64,000 bases of DNA from Chamaesiphon sp. (lineage in GTDB: Bacteria; Cyanobacteriota; Cyanobacteriia; Cyanobacteriales; Chamaesiphonaceae), in contig CBDFFH010000009.1 in NCBI GenBank assembly GCA_965246715.1, forward strand, positions 1 to 64,000, read 5' to 3'. The translations under genes and the position numbers were made by a program. Positions 31,401 to 41,969 of this stretch are shown piece after piece (position 1 is the stretch's first letter; each line of letters starts with the position of its first letter). The notes under the pieces were generated by a model, which was not told the origin of the DNA, did not search any database, and saw nothing but the letters and a program-made list of their open reading frames with translations.

Positions 31401-32756
31401 GGGTAAAAACAACAGTCAGTTTGAATTCTATCCCTATCGCTACTTCGCTTCTCAAGGATTCCTCCCTGGCTTCAATTTCCCTCGTCTTCCCATCCACACC
31501 TATCTTCCCACTGGCAAAGATCGGGGTGAATATATCTCTCGTCCCCGTCATTTAGCGATTCGAGAAATGGCTCCCCAGAATATGCTCTACTATGAGGGGA
31601 ATAAATTTAAAGTCGATCGCACTAAACGCTATACCCAAGGCATTGACAGTCGCTATCAAACATTAGTTATTTGCGATCGATGTGGTTATTTTCACACTAA
31701 ATTAATCGATGTCTGTGAAAACTGCGGCAATAAACCAACTAGCGATCGCAGTGGCAAACCCGCTGTCATCATGAGAGCATTGGAAATGGACACGATGTTC
31801 GCCAGACGGAAGGAGCGAATTACCTGCGACGAGGAAGATCGCCTCAAAAACGGTTATCAAATTAGCACTTGCTTCCAGTTTGCCAATGGACGAAAAGAAG
31901 TAGCTACCGTCATCGCCGCTGATGGCACACCATTACTCCGACTTACCTATGGCGAAACTGCCAATATCATGCGAATCAATCGTGGCTTGCGAAGTGAAAA
32001 AGGCAATGGTTTCAGACTCGATCCCACCAGCGGACAATGGGAACCGCCAGCCAATAAAACCGACCCACAAACGAATATTCAAGCTGATATTCATCTCACA
32101 GTCAAAGCGACTACTAATCTACTCTCGATCGAACCATTAGATCTACCAGAACACGAGCGAGAGTCATTCATCACAACCTTCCAATACGCCTTAGAGCGAT
32201 CGATTCAAACAGTATACAAGCTCGAACAATCCGAACTAGATTCCGAACGGCTGGGGCAAAATAGCGACCGCTTACTATTCTGGGAAGCGGCGGAAGGTGG
32301 CGCGGGAGTTCTCTCCCAAATCGCCATACAATTGGAGATTTCTTGAATCGATTACGGGGGAGTAAATTAGAGCGGCACTCGATTGGGTTATCTCGCGAAC
32401 AGCAATATCAAAAACTACTAGCCAAAACCGATCCCAATTCTGAGTTTGAACGGGTGGTATTAACAGCGATGTTCGATCGAGGGTTGAAATTACCCGATAC
32501 TGCTCAAATGTATATTCCTGAAGCCAACTGCAAACCAGATTTTGTCTATAACAATGGTGTCAAAATTGCGATTTTCTGCGACGGTTCGGTTCATGATTCA
32601 CCAGAACGAAAACGACAAGATAAGATCGATCGGGATAATTTGCAGTATGTAGTCGGTTACTCGGTGTTATCGATTCGGCAAAGCCGACGCGATGCGATCG
32701 GTTATGAAGAGGAGTTAGAGTTGGGATTGCAACATTTGGCAGCTCTATTGGCGTAA
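28441..32756 (+). pseudogene. Large DEAD/DEAH SF2 helicase (DUF1998/YprA-like) with C-terminal endonuclease-like domain, internally deleted
   Basis: TGTGSGKS, LDELH, TSATM, TPTMELGIDI, YAQRSGRGGR, EGGAGVL, PDF..AIFCDGSVHD. Breaks near 29370, 29540 and 32325. Confidence 0.85.
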
Positions 32757-32838
32757 TTCATAGCTGATAAAATATGCTTATAGCCAAGTAATAATTACTT
32801 GGGCATACTTTTGTCCGAGTTAATACAGTTTTCGCTCG

Positions 32839-32878
32839 ATTAATGCAGTGCCCAGTAATTATTGGGCACTGCATTAAT
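32839..32878. terminator. Bidirectional stem-loop between convergent genes
   Basis: ATTAATGCAGTGCCCA...TGGGCACTGCATTAAT. Confidence 0.65.
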
Positions 32879-32880
32879 AA

Positions 32881-33435
32881 CTATGAATAATTCGGCATCT
32901 TCGCACGATCCGTAGTAATCTCATCCACAATCGGATAGAGATAATCGGGATGAACCAGGTGCAGTGCCAACCAATAAGGATCGGGCGATCGCATACCCAC
33001 TAGCCGATCGCAATAATAGAGATCGGCAGAGCGGCGCAGATAACCGATGCGTAGATCGAGATGGCAGACTTCAACGGCAATTTCACCGTCTTTTGCTCCT
33101 GGCGCGTCGTCATAAACATCGAGCCAGTTCAAAGATAAGTTGATGCGATCGCAAACCCACTCTGGTTCTAGTCCTTGGAGATCGGGCAGCGGTAACGGTT
33201 GGAAATAGCGGCGCATCGAAGTCGAGGTTTCCTCGACTTTGTGTGCGACAAGACAGCGGTGGGAAAGATTGCGAACGGCATCGTGGCACTCGGCGGTACT
33301 AGGATGATGACCGCGTACCACTTTAGTCAAGCTGTTACCACAAAAGAAGCGATTCTCCAGGGGAGAGGCTACGCCAACGCGATCTAAATGACGTGCCATC
33401 GGACAATCTAAGCAATTTGAGGGTAGTGCTGTCAT
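32881..33435 (-). CDS. Hypothetical protein, paralogue of 220-756, with a 24-nt repeat insertion
   Basis: High identity to ORF 43-756; extra VGVASPLEN peptide. Confidence 0.75.
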   Translation of the reverse strand: MTALPSNCLDCPMARHLDRVGVASPLENRFFCGNSLTKVVRGHHPSTAECHDAVRNLSHRCLVAHKVEETSTSMRRYFQPLPLPDLQGLEPEWVCDRINLSLNWLDVYDDAPGAKDGEIAVEVCHLDLRIGYLRRSADLYYCDRLVGMRSPDPYWLALHLVHPDYLYPIVDEITTDRAKMPNYS

Positions 33436-33539
33436 GTTTTAATAGTTACGATCGATTAATTGAAAGTATTTTGAGAAACAACTGAGGGTAAGGTGCAAAC
33501 TCTCAGTTGTTTTTGTGATGGGAAATAGATAACTAGCGA

Positions 33540-33686
33540 TTAATATTGGGGATCGGAGTGATAATAATCTTGGCGATCGTTATGAGATGACTCGCAAATT
33601 TCGAGTATTAATTCTTCCAAGAATTGCAAGTATTCTGTGGATTCGAGCGGCTGGTCGGTGGTTAAATCGGCTTCGATGTACATGAT
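33540..33686 (-). CDS. Small acidic hypothetical protein
   Basis: MYIEADL... ORF flanked by hairpins; resembles the gene ending just before ORF 220 at the window start (LEEL.LE.CESSH.DRQDY). Confidence 0.5.
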   Translation of the reverse strand: MMYIEADLTTDQPLESTEYLQFLEELILEICESSHNDRQDYYHSDPQY

Positions 33687-33842
33687 GGTTATAAATAAAT
33701 GAACGAGGTAGCACAATTTCACTTGTGCTACCTCGTTTAGATGCGGCTATGCCGCCCAATAAATTAGTTAACTCCTCGTCCGAGAAGCTCGAATTAACAA
33801 AATGGGAACTCGGAAGATCGCCTTAGAGTAAAGTGGTAATTT

Positions 33843-34062
33843 TATCGTCAGTATCGTCAGCCGAGCGTGATTCTCCACCAAAAACTAGTCAGGGCAACGC
33901 TCTTGGGGCTGACGATAATGCTGACGATATTTTAATGGCTGACGATATTGACGGTAAGGCTGACGATATTTTCAATGGCTGACGATCGGACTAAAGATAT
34001 CGTCAGCCATCGAACGACATAACAGCAGTGGGTTTCAAGGTTGGCTGACGATACTGACGATA
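33843..34062. repeat. Iteron-like array of CTGACGAT/ATCGTCAG (about 10 copies)
   Basis: Bounded by inverted doublets TATCGTCAGTATCGTCAG / CTGACGATACTGACGATA. Confidence 0.75.
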
Positions 34063-34252
34063 AAAATTCCTGCTCGACCTGTTCTAATAATCGTCCGCGC
34101 TGATTTAAAATTGGGAATTTAGTCAGGTAAGCGACAAAAGTGCCAACCTCAAGCAGCAACACGCTGGAAACCTGACAAGCTGGATCGAGTTTGTGGCGGG
34201 TTGAGACTGGCGATCGAAGATCTATTTATTAGTAAAATGTCACATCGAACGA

Positions 34253-37200
34253 TTACCTCCGGTAGGCTTCGCCAACGATATTTTCAGTTGGCGATCGTTC
34301 TACTACGATAGAATTCTTCGCTCTATTAACGGGTACGATTACAGTAGGTTCTTGAGCTATAGATATAGAGGGAGTTTCAATTATTTCTTGTTCGGGCACA
34401 GGAATTTCTACAACCCAATGAGAAAAATCATCCGGTGCGCGATCGCCATCGGGGTAAACGTCATTGAGCAGTACTCCCAAGCTCTTTATCTCTGCCATCT
34501 TCGCAACATCTCCAGCCAGCTCCGAAGCTTGATAGAGCTGCGGCAGCTCTCCTGCTGTTGGCAAGTAGCGTCGCTGTGATGAAGGGGCTGGATCGACCCG
34601 CTCCAGTGGTGTAGATTGCTGCGGTAGTGGCATGAGTTCCCCGCGTTCGCGAAGCGCGCCGAGGCGGTCGATACTGGCGACAGGCTGATGGTCGATGAGG
34701 GATCGAACTTGAATCTCAAGAATTTTCTCGTTCGAGCCACGCGATAACGTTCCTTTGAGTAGATGAGTGCCACTGTTGAGCTTGGCTTTGGACTCTTTAT
34801 TGATTAACTCTCGACCTAGCAACCCGATCGGTATCCGTCGTCCCCCAGAACCAAGATAATCGGCTGAAATCTCCTTGCCCTGACGATTGAATGCAAACTT
34901 ACCTGTAAAGTCTTCGATCTGAATCTGGCTAATAGCGGGATTAGGATTGACAACAAATTCTCCTAGCTCGGTGCGGATGTGAATTTTCAGATCGAGGGGT
35001 CGAACGATTTTAGCAGCTACCACCGTGCCAGGAGCCAGCAGCGGTGAGTCGCCATAAGTACTCAGACCCAAGTCGATCGTGCGGCCATCTGGTTCGATCG
35101 CGCTCACACGTAAATCGCGCTCGAATCTAATTGCCAGTTCCGCTCCATCTCGTAACTCTAACGCTGCTGCCATAGGACGATTGAGCGCCATCGGCGGTAC
35201 GTTATCCAGGTGTTGGCTAATTTCGTTAGCAAAGATTTTGGTAGCCATGCCCATCCCCGCGCTGGAATGCCATGCGGCAGACACATACTGTATTCGCTTG
35301 TCATTGGCAATGTTTTCCAGTTTGCTCAGTACCTTATCTGCACTAGCAAATACCGCATCGACATCGTTTTCTAGAGTAAAGGGTGGATGAAATTCGAGCG
35401 TCGATCTGGTAATTCTCGATACAGTCGATCCTGAATTTGCCCGATCGCCCTAGTACAATTACGATATTGCCGAGCGAACTCGTCTACGACTGCTTTTTGA
35501 TCGTCATTATGAGTAATCGGTATCAGCGAGCGAAACCGTTTGTTTAAATCTTCTGATTCGATTTCTTGTAATTCATGCTGCTGCCCACCATTGTAAAATC
35601 GGTTGGCAGTCTCCACCGCCCAACCGATCGGCTCTTGAGTATTCGTGGGGAGGTCGCGGGTGAGGTAAATATCGGGCTTTTTGACATTCTGACGGAGTTG
35701 GTGAGACTTGTACTGAATGCGTTCGCCAAATTCGTGAATAGTTTCATCGATCCCAACGCTGCTTTTGGCTGTATCGACAGCAGTTTGCAGGTTTTTTGCC
35801 ACCGCACTGTCACAATAGCCTTTGAGAAGCCGATTGACACTACCTAAATTCTGCTCGGCAAATGCCAGTCGCTCTGCCGCTGGGAATTTATCGAGCTGTT
35901 TACTCGCCTGGACGATCTTCTCGATCTTCTCTGCTAGCTGCATTGGGGGCAACCCACGCTCGACTAGATACTCATCGCTGGGAATCTCTTCAATTGAAAT
36001 CTCACTATAAGCTGCGCCAACTTGCTTGAGCAAACCGATCTTCCGCTTCGGTTCGATGTAGACTGTTTCGGATGCGAGGGATTGTAAGATTATCGACTGG
36101 TTGGCAACTTTGCCCGTCGGGTTGTTAGCAGTAATATCCCAGGCTCGCCAAATAGCTTGAGTTAGTGACTCGCCTTCATGCCAAAGGTGGTCTGCTTTTT
36201 TGGCTTTGGCGATTCTCCAAGGGAGAGGCTTCGCCAACGGTAACGGCTTGCGATCGGGAGTATTAGCTTCGATAAATTCCTTAACTGACAGCGGAAATTT
36301 CCCGCGTTCTAAATCTGGCTGAAGGATTATTTGAGCGATAATATCTCTACCTGCTTCATACCGATTGCTACCTGTAAGGGGTAAATTGCCTAACTGCTCG
36401 CGGAGTTGGTGGGGGAGATTATCATTTGCTAGATAACCGACGAAGAAACCATTGCGATCGCCATCAAAATCGGTAATTGCAATGTGTTTTGCTGTCCAGG
36501 GATTCAGATAGACTACGCCGCGTTTATCGAAGGCTTCGGGGTCGCGATCGCGCAACACTTCTAAGTTATTAATCGCAATCGCCGCAGCACCGACATTGGG
36601 AAAGGGCGATCGATAGTAATCAATGATCGCGCCGTGGGGTAAGTCACGATTGCAGATCTCCCAAGGTTCCAGCTTGCTATGGTGCTGGGCGATCGCAGCG
36701 GGGACGACGATTCCACTAGTCGCTACATCCAACCTGTCGCGCCTGAGCGATTTGTTAAGCTGGCGGCTGATATTTGGCATGGTTGAGCTGTCCGTACTTG
36801 TCAGCTTTGAGCAGCGCGGCAAGTGTCGATCGATTGTTGCGCGGTTCGTCATCGTCTACACCATCGATTCCTTCCGGCGTGTCGATAACTAACTCGCGAT
36901 CGCGTCTTGCTTCTTCTTTTGCTACGAATTTAGCTGCCACCTGCCAATTGTCGATCGCAACATCGGCAAGTTCGGCGGCTTTGGCTGCCATTATCGGATT
37001 GAGTTCGTTAAGAGTTGCCTCTGGAATCGTACTCTTGACTTGGGCACCCACTGATTGATTGGAATACTCGGCTTTAATTTTCCGATTGATCCACCAAAAA
37101 CTCTCTAATTCTAAGATTCCTGGCTGCTTGAGTCTGCCGTCATCGCCCTTGATGTCGTTGGTTGAGACGATCGCATCCACACCCAATCGTTCGCACCAGG

Positions 37201-38107
37201 AGCTAGTAGCTACAGTCCCTTTAGCAATTCCAGGTAAATCTGGCGTGGCGGCACGAAATTGTAGTACGGCACTCCGAGCGATCCTGTCGATCTTTTTCTC
37301 GATTGTTTGGGCAGTTTGCAAATCTACAAAATAGTTGGCGATTCTGCCCGTATGCTTGAATTCTTCCAGCAACTTTCCGGCTAATTCTGGATCTAAACTA
37401 TCGCCGAATGCTACATCGTTGGCGAAGCCTCTCCTTTGGAGAATCCACTCGCCCAAGTCACCTAGCTCGTCATCATTAATATCTTCGGTCTGTTGCAATC
37501 CACGATCTATGGCAAGTAAAACCTCTTTATCCAACAACAGCCCGCGCAAGAGCTGAGTCGATGCCAACATCGTCCCGTCGCCCATTTTGTCGTAGAGAGC
37601 GTCTAGCTGTTTGGTAGAAATTTTGCGCCCATCGCGGTCTATGAGTGGAGCTGCACCACTCGCTCTTTGCTCGTCATCGATAATCAAGATTCGAGTATTG
37701 CCCGATTTTGTCTGAGCCGCAGCTTTCCCGTCGCTGACGATTAGCGAACCATAAGCAACTGCATTGTGGGCACTGCGCTTACCGTCTGCGTAAATTGGTC
37801 GAACACCACGGCTACTGTCGCCTTTGGCAATTAATTCGGCAGTAAGTCGATCTGTGAAATATCCAGACTTACCACTGGTACAGATCAAATATTTGCCTTT
37901 GGCTTCCAAGCGAAGGCGATCTGAGTCATTGACTCCGTTATAAAAGTTAGCTACATGTAAACTTCGTGGCCCGATCCGATGCGTCTGGAGCCACTTTTCT
38001 AAATAGCAGTTCTCGATCGATTTCAACTTTGGCGTTCGCTTGCCCTCTGGATTAAAGTCGGTGAGGTGTTTACCAGTCTTTAAGTCAAATTCTTGGAACT
38101 GAAGCAT
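34253..38107 (-). pseudogene. RdRP/YonO-like single-subunit two-barrel nucleotidyl polymerase, frameshifted
   Basis: Ordered motifs MGDG, LQFR..PGIAKG, YRSP, TDFDGD across three overlapping ORFs; frameshifts near 36785 and 35402. Confidence 0.7.
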
Positions 38108-38119
38108 GAAATTCGGTTC

Positions 38120-38452
38120 CTAAAAAGGAATTCTTTCTACATCGTTGTCGGATTCATTCTGTATAAAGATAGTAGGAGGTCTAGATACAGCTTTTTGCTT
38201 ATTCCCCTTCGTATAGTAAGACTCAGGAATATCGTCGATATCGATGCCGTTGGCAAGCATATCACCTAAATTGTCATAGTCTTCATGTCGATACGATCGC
38301 TCGTATGCCCATCCTTCCATGTCAACTTCAGCCATTAGTTTCTCATCCTCAATATTTTGAGCTTCTTCTTCCTCGGTGTAGGTGCGTGGTGGCGGTGGGA
38401 TGATATCGCCTTCTTTGTAGAAAATGTCTTCGATCGAATTTATTTTAACCAC
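38120..38452 (-). CDS. Acidic hypothetical protein ending in IPF, upstream of the polymerase-like gene
   Basis: 110 aa, very acidic; stop is 12 nt before the polymerase ATG. Confidence 0.6.
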   Translation of the reverse strand: MVKINSIEDIFYKEGDIIPPPPRTYTEEEEAQNIEDEKLMAEVDMEGWAYERSYRHEDYDNLGDMLANGIDIDDIPESYYTKGNKQKAVSRPPTIFIQNESDNDVERIPF

Positions 38453-38652
38453 AATTTTACTCTGAATATAAGATTGCTGCTTTTAGGGTAGCAAACTTCT
38501 TCATGGTTTCATTTGCAGCGGAGCTAGCTGGTGACATTTTATTCAACATTTTTTGTAGTTCGCGATTGACTGCAAATCTAAAATAGCTACGCCTTGGTTG
38601 TGGGTGTAGAGGTAGAAAGATTGAGAGAGACATTACCATCAGAGGGGATGGC

Positions 38653-38835
38653 GTGAAGTTGGAGCCGATTCGGTTGTGTGGGGATTGCTATGGGGATTGT
38701 TATGGGGAGTCGTCTTATCATCGGATTGAGTGGCAATTGAAAAGTGTCGATCGGTGTCAACGACATCAGTTGCGGTTATTGCCAAAATGTCGTAATTGTC
38801 AGGCTAAGTTTCCGATGCCAGCATGTCAATTTTAA
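38653..38835 (+). pseudogene. tniQ: TniQ fragment (Tn7-like / type V-K CAST type)
   Basis: KLEPIRLCG.CYGES..HRIEWQ.KSV.RC.RHQL.LL.KC.NCQAKFPMPA zinc-finger segment; internal 12-bp duplication. Confidence 0.7.
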
Positions 38836-39567
38836 TACAGCATGTTTGAAACTAACCATCATGGCATTGAGGGAAAATAGCTAATGGAGGCTTTTGCTGG
38901 GCTGGGATTTTAAAGACAGCATCGATCTCTCTAACTTGGCAGAGATTAGGATTAGCTGAAGAGATCGCATGTCACAAGCAAGTCGCTGTATAGATCGCGT
39001 GGCGATAGGTGTTCACGATTGTGACACTCAAAGCATTGGAAGACACTTGTAGCCATATTTTATCTGGAATCTGACGAAGCTCAATAATCGAGAGTTTCTA
39101 ATGCAGCAACAAACCTCGCTCTGAATAAGTAGAACGAGGTGGATAAATTTGCTATTTGGGTCGATTACCTATGGCAAGCGAACAGACCAAACAGTCCCTA
39201 CTTATGTGAGTCGATCCGGTTAAAGTATCAATCTCTCAGTAGGAACCAAGTTCAAATTTATGCACTGATTTTACTAAAATAGTTTTATTTTAAAATATTT
39301 TTATTGGCAATAATGGTATTGCGATGACTGTCGTTACAAGACTTGTTTCATTTTGTCTTGTTGCAACATATTAATCGATCTTATGAGCAATAATTTACTA
39401 GCTATTAGTGGCTATTGTGATACAATATGGATGAAATTAAAATGCACCTTTGTCTCTAAACGCCAATTAAGAGATAAGGTGCAATCATTCATTAGTTTTA
39501 TTTTACTAGTAGTGCTTGGGATTCTAGCCCTTGCACTGCTCCATAGCAATTAGGAGAAGCTGTATCT

Positions 39568-40113
39568 ATGCCTATAGTACCAGATTCAAATCGATGTGAA
39601 GGGGTGCAACCTCTCCCATTTCATTCGTATTCTTACGACAGTATCATAAAGTTACAGAACCTCATCCTACCACAGGAACCGCTCCTATTGTGGTTTGCCA
39701 AGCGAGCTGCTGAGTACAAAGATGTGCAGGAGTTCTGGCAAGAGCATAAATATTTGTTGCCAGGGACAATCGAAAGCAATTGGCGAGGGTACGAATACGT
39801 TCGGATTTTTTGCCATGCAATCAATGTCGAAATCACCGCCTGCTTCTTTCCTTCTGGTTCTTACACAGATGTCCACGATCACGATGGTTGGAATTGGAAC
39901 TTCTCAATCGTTGGAGAACTACTGCTAGACATAAAATATAAGGTCAGCAACAACAAATTTAAAGAAGTTGAGTGCATAAAAATGACCGCATCGCAGCCGC
40001 AAGGCTGCATTCTCAAACCACACCAAAGTCATGAAATGTTTGTTCCGCACTGGGCACAACCCAGTATCTCCTTTAACTTCCATTACCCCGCCAGACCGCT
40101 AGATTTAAGTTAA
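39568..40113 (+). CDS. Cupin-fold, cysteine-dioxygenase-like protein
   Basis: GGAG RBS; TDVHDHDG (HxH) and a distal HEM histidine. Confidence 0.65.
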   Translation: MPIVPDSNRCEGVQPLPFHSYSYDSIIKLQNLILPQEPLLLWFAKRAAEYKDVQEFWQEHKYLLPGTIESNWRGYEYVRIFCHAINVEITACFFPSGSYTDVHDHDGWNWNFSIVGELLLDIKYKVSNNKFKEVECIKMTASQPQGCILKPHQSHEMFVPHWAQPSISFNFHYPARPLDLS

Positions 40114-40300
40114 AGCGGTGGACTATTGCTTTACAACAAAAATTTTAGAAGCTTACGTAGTCCAACTAAGCTTTGTCTTTTAAAAGCTGGATGAAACCTG
40201 TCATTCAGCTTTTATTTTGGTGAGAGCATTGGGTTCGCCCTTGATTATATTTCCTGCTGAAATGCAGGGAACGCCGTAGGGCTAAATATTGTGATATTAG

Positions 40301-40615
40301 TTACGATCGAGCGGTAGTTGGCAAACTGATACGATCTATATTGTTGTGAAACTTCCACTTATTTGCCTTTTCCCAAGCTTCCTCAAACTCGTGGCGGTCG
40401 ATCTTATGCTCCTCTTTTATTTTGAGCCGAGACAGAGACTGATCGCACATCCGCAACTTGTCTTTCATGCTACTTTCGGCTCCACAAGAAAACCATTCTT
40501 GCTTATCTGGGTATTGTTCGACCTGTCGATTAGCCCAGTCATCAATGAACTCAATATACTGAACGATCCTTTTCCCTGGTTGCTCTACCGTGAATTTATA
40601 ATACTGAGTAGTCAT
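40301..40615 (-). CDS. Putative immunity protein
   Basis: Directly downstream of the ART-like toxin; RQVE...I...EFEEAW pattern. Confidence 0.5.
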   Translation of the reverse strand: MTTQYYKFTVEQPGKRIVQYIEFIDDWANRQVEQYPDKQEWFSCGAESSMKDKLRMCDQSLSRLKIKEEHKIDRHEFEEAWEKANKWKFHNNIDRISLPTTARS

Positions 40616-40648
40616 AAAATTATTGTGTTTATATTTTTTATGTATAGA

Positions 40649-41056
40649 TCACAAAAGTGTATCTTCAGTTTTTCCATGTATTGAATCTCCAATTTTCAGA
40701 CCTACATTAGTCTTGAAAAGACTAATTCTCCTAATGTCTTCTGGATCTGGATCTTCTCCTATTATTTCTAAATATAGCTGTCTAAAATCGGAAACTTCAT
40801 TTTCTGGTAAAATCAACTGAAAATAATAATCGAGCGTATCTATGTCTACGGCTGTCCCAAACAATTCAATTGGGACATCCATGTTGCCTACTTGAATTGC
40901 TCTAGCAACTTCTATTGGTTCAATCGTTGTTAAGTAGACACCATCACCAAAGGTTGCATCCTTCCTTCCGCTGCTTTTGAGTGATGGCTTAATGATACCC
41001 GTTTCGAGAATACCTTCATATCCCTCTTTAGAGGTATAGTGACGATAGGAGCGCAA
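40649..41056 (-). CDS. Tox-ART-HYD1-like ADP-ribosyltransferase domain protein
   Basis: HYTS..G..GI...G.I..S..FGDGVYLT signature; TTG start uncertain. Confidence 0.65.
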   Translation of the reverse strand: MRSYRHYTSKEGYEGILETGIIKPSLKSSGRKDATFGDGVYLTTIEPIEVARAIQVGNMDVPIELFGTAVDIDTLDYYFQLILPENEVSDFRQLYLEIIGEDPDPEDIRRISLFKTNVGLKIGDSIHGKTEDTLL

Positions 41057-41517
41057 AATAAACTTAATTTACATCACATAATTTAGTTGCTCAAGTTTAA
41101 CACTCTATTTTTTATCTTAACGAATCATTATTTGATTTTCTATAAATTACTATTGAAATAATTTGTTTGATAAATTATCACAACCTAGCTAAAACAAATT
41201 ATTTTATCAAATGAAACGAAAATATTTTTGCTTTAAAAGACATTCAAGGCAAATTGTATGTGGTAAAAAGATTGTAATCTACAGTCAAGGTTCGATCTCG
41301 TAAGCGCGAACGGATGAGGATTGGTGCGCTGCTAGAAGAACGACAATACACCCTAACGCTTAGATCTCGTCAGGATCGATGTCTAGCGATCGAAACCTAG
41401 CGCGTAATCGCTCGTTTCTCAATTGGCAAAGCCAGTAATCTCGATATCTCGATCGACATTCCGATCGTGGTGCTGGCTTTGATCATAGCAAGATTTAGCT
41501 CGACCGAGGATTGATCG

Positions 41518-41754
41518 ATGGTATATCTAATTCCCGAAGTAGCCAAGCTAACCAACGATTTAATCGATCGAGGTGAAGACATCATCATGGAATCAGATCC
41601 CAGCACCAAAGATATTTCATACTGGCATTACGGCAACATCATTATGCCCTGCGGCGGTACTCATGTCCGCAGTGCCAAAGATATTGGCGTAGTAAACATT
41701 CGGCGGAAGAGTCATGGCAAGTCGCTCGATCGAATTTATCTCACCATTGAGTAA
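41518..41754 (+). pseudogene. C-terminal remnant of an AlaX-like alanyl-tRNA editing protein
   Basis: MPCGGTHV..IG.V.IRRK..GK..DRIY; the N-terminal HxxxH part is missing. Confidence 0.7.
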
Positions 41755-41899
41755 ATGAACTAATTTCTTTGGTATGGCCGCTTGCGGTCGATCTCATGCC
41801 AGATCGCTGAGGGCGGAACTTGCTAGCCAATTTCACGTCAAATGCGAACATATGAGCTAATGACAGACTTTAACTTTACTTTGTGGTTAATATATTTTA

Positions 41900-41914
41900 G
41901 CTTTAAAAGACATT
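41900..41914 (+). promoter_or_regulatory. Putative operator GCTTTAAAAGACATT, identical copy at 41230-41244
   Basis: 15-bp perfect repeat in two promoter regions; adjacent to a TG-n-TATGAT extended -10-like element. Confidence 0.45.
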
Positions 41915-41969
41915 TATGCTATGATGTTATTGTAAAATATTTTAGTGCTATAGTTTATAGCCCAAAATT

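Noticed and set aside
33843..34062. Repeat cluster as a CRISPR or mini-array
   Set aside because: Units are only 8-10 bp, irregularly spaced and in both orientations; no cas genes.
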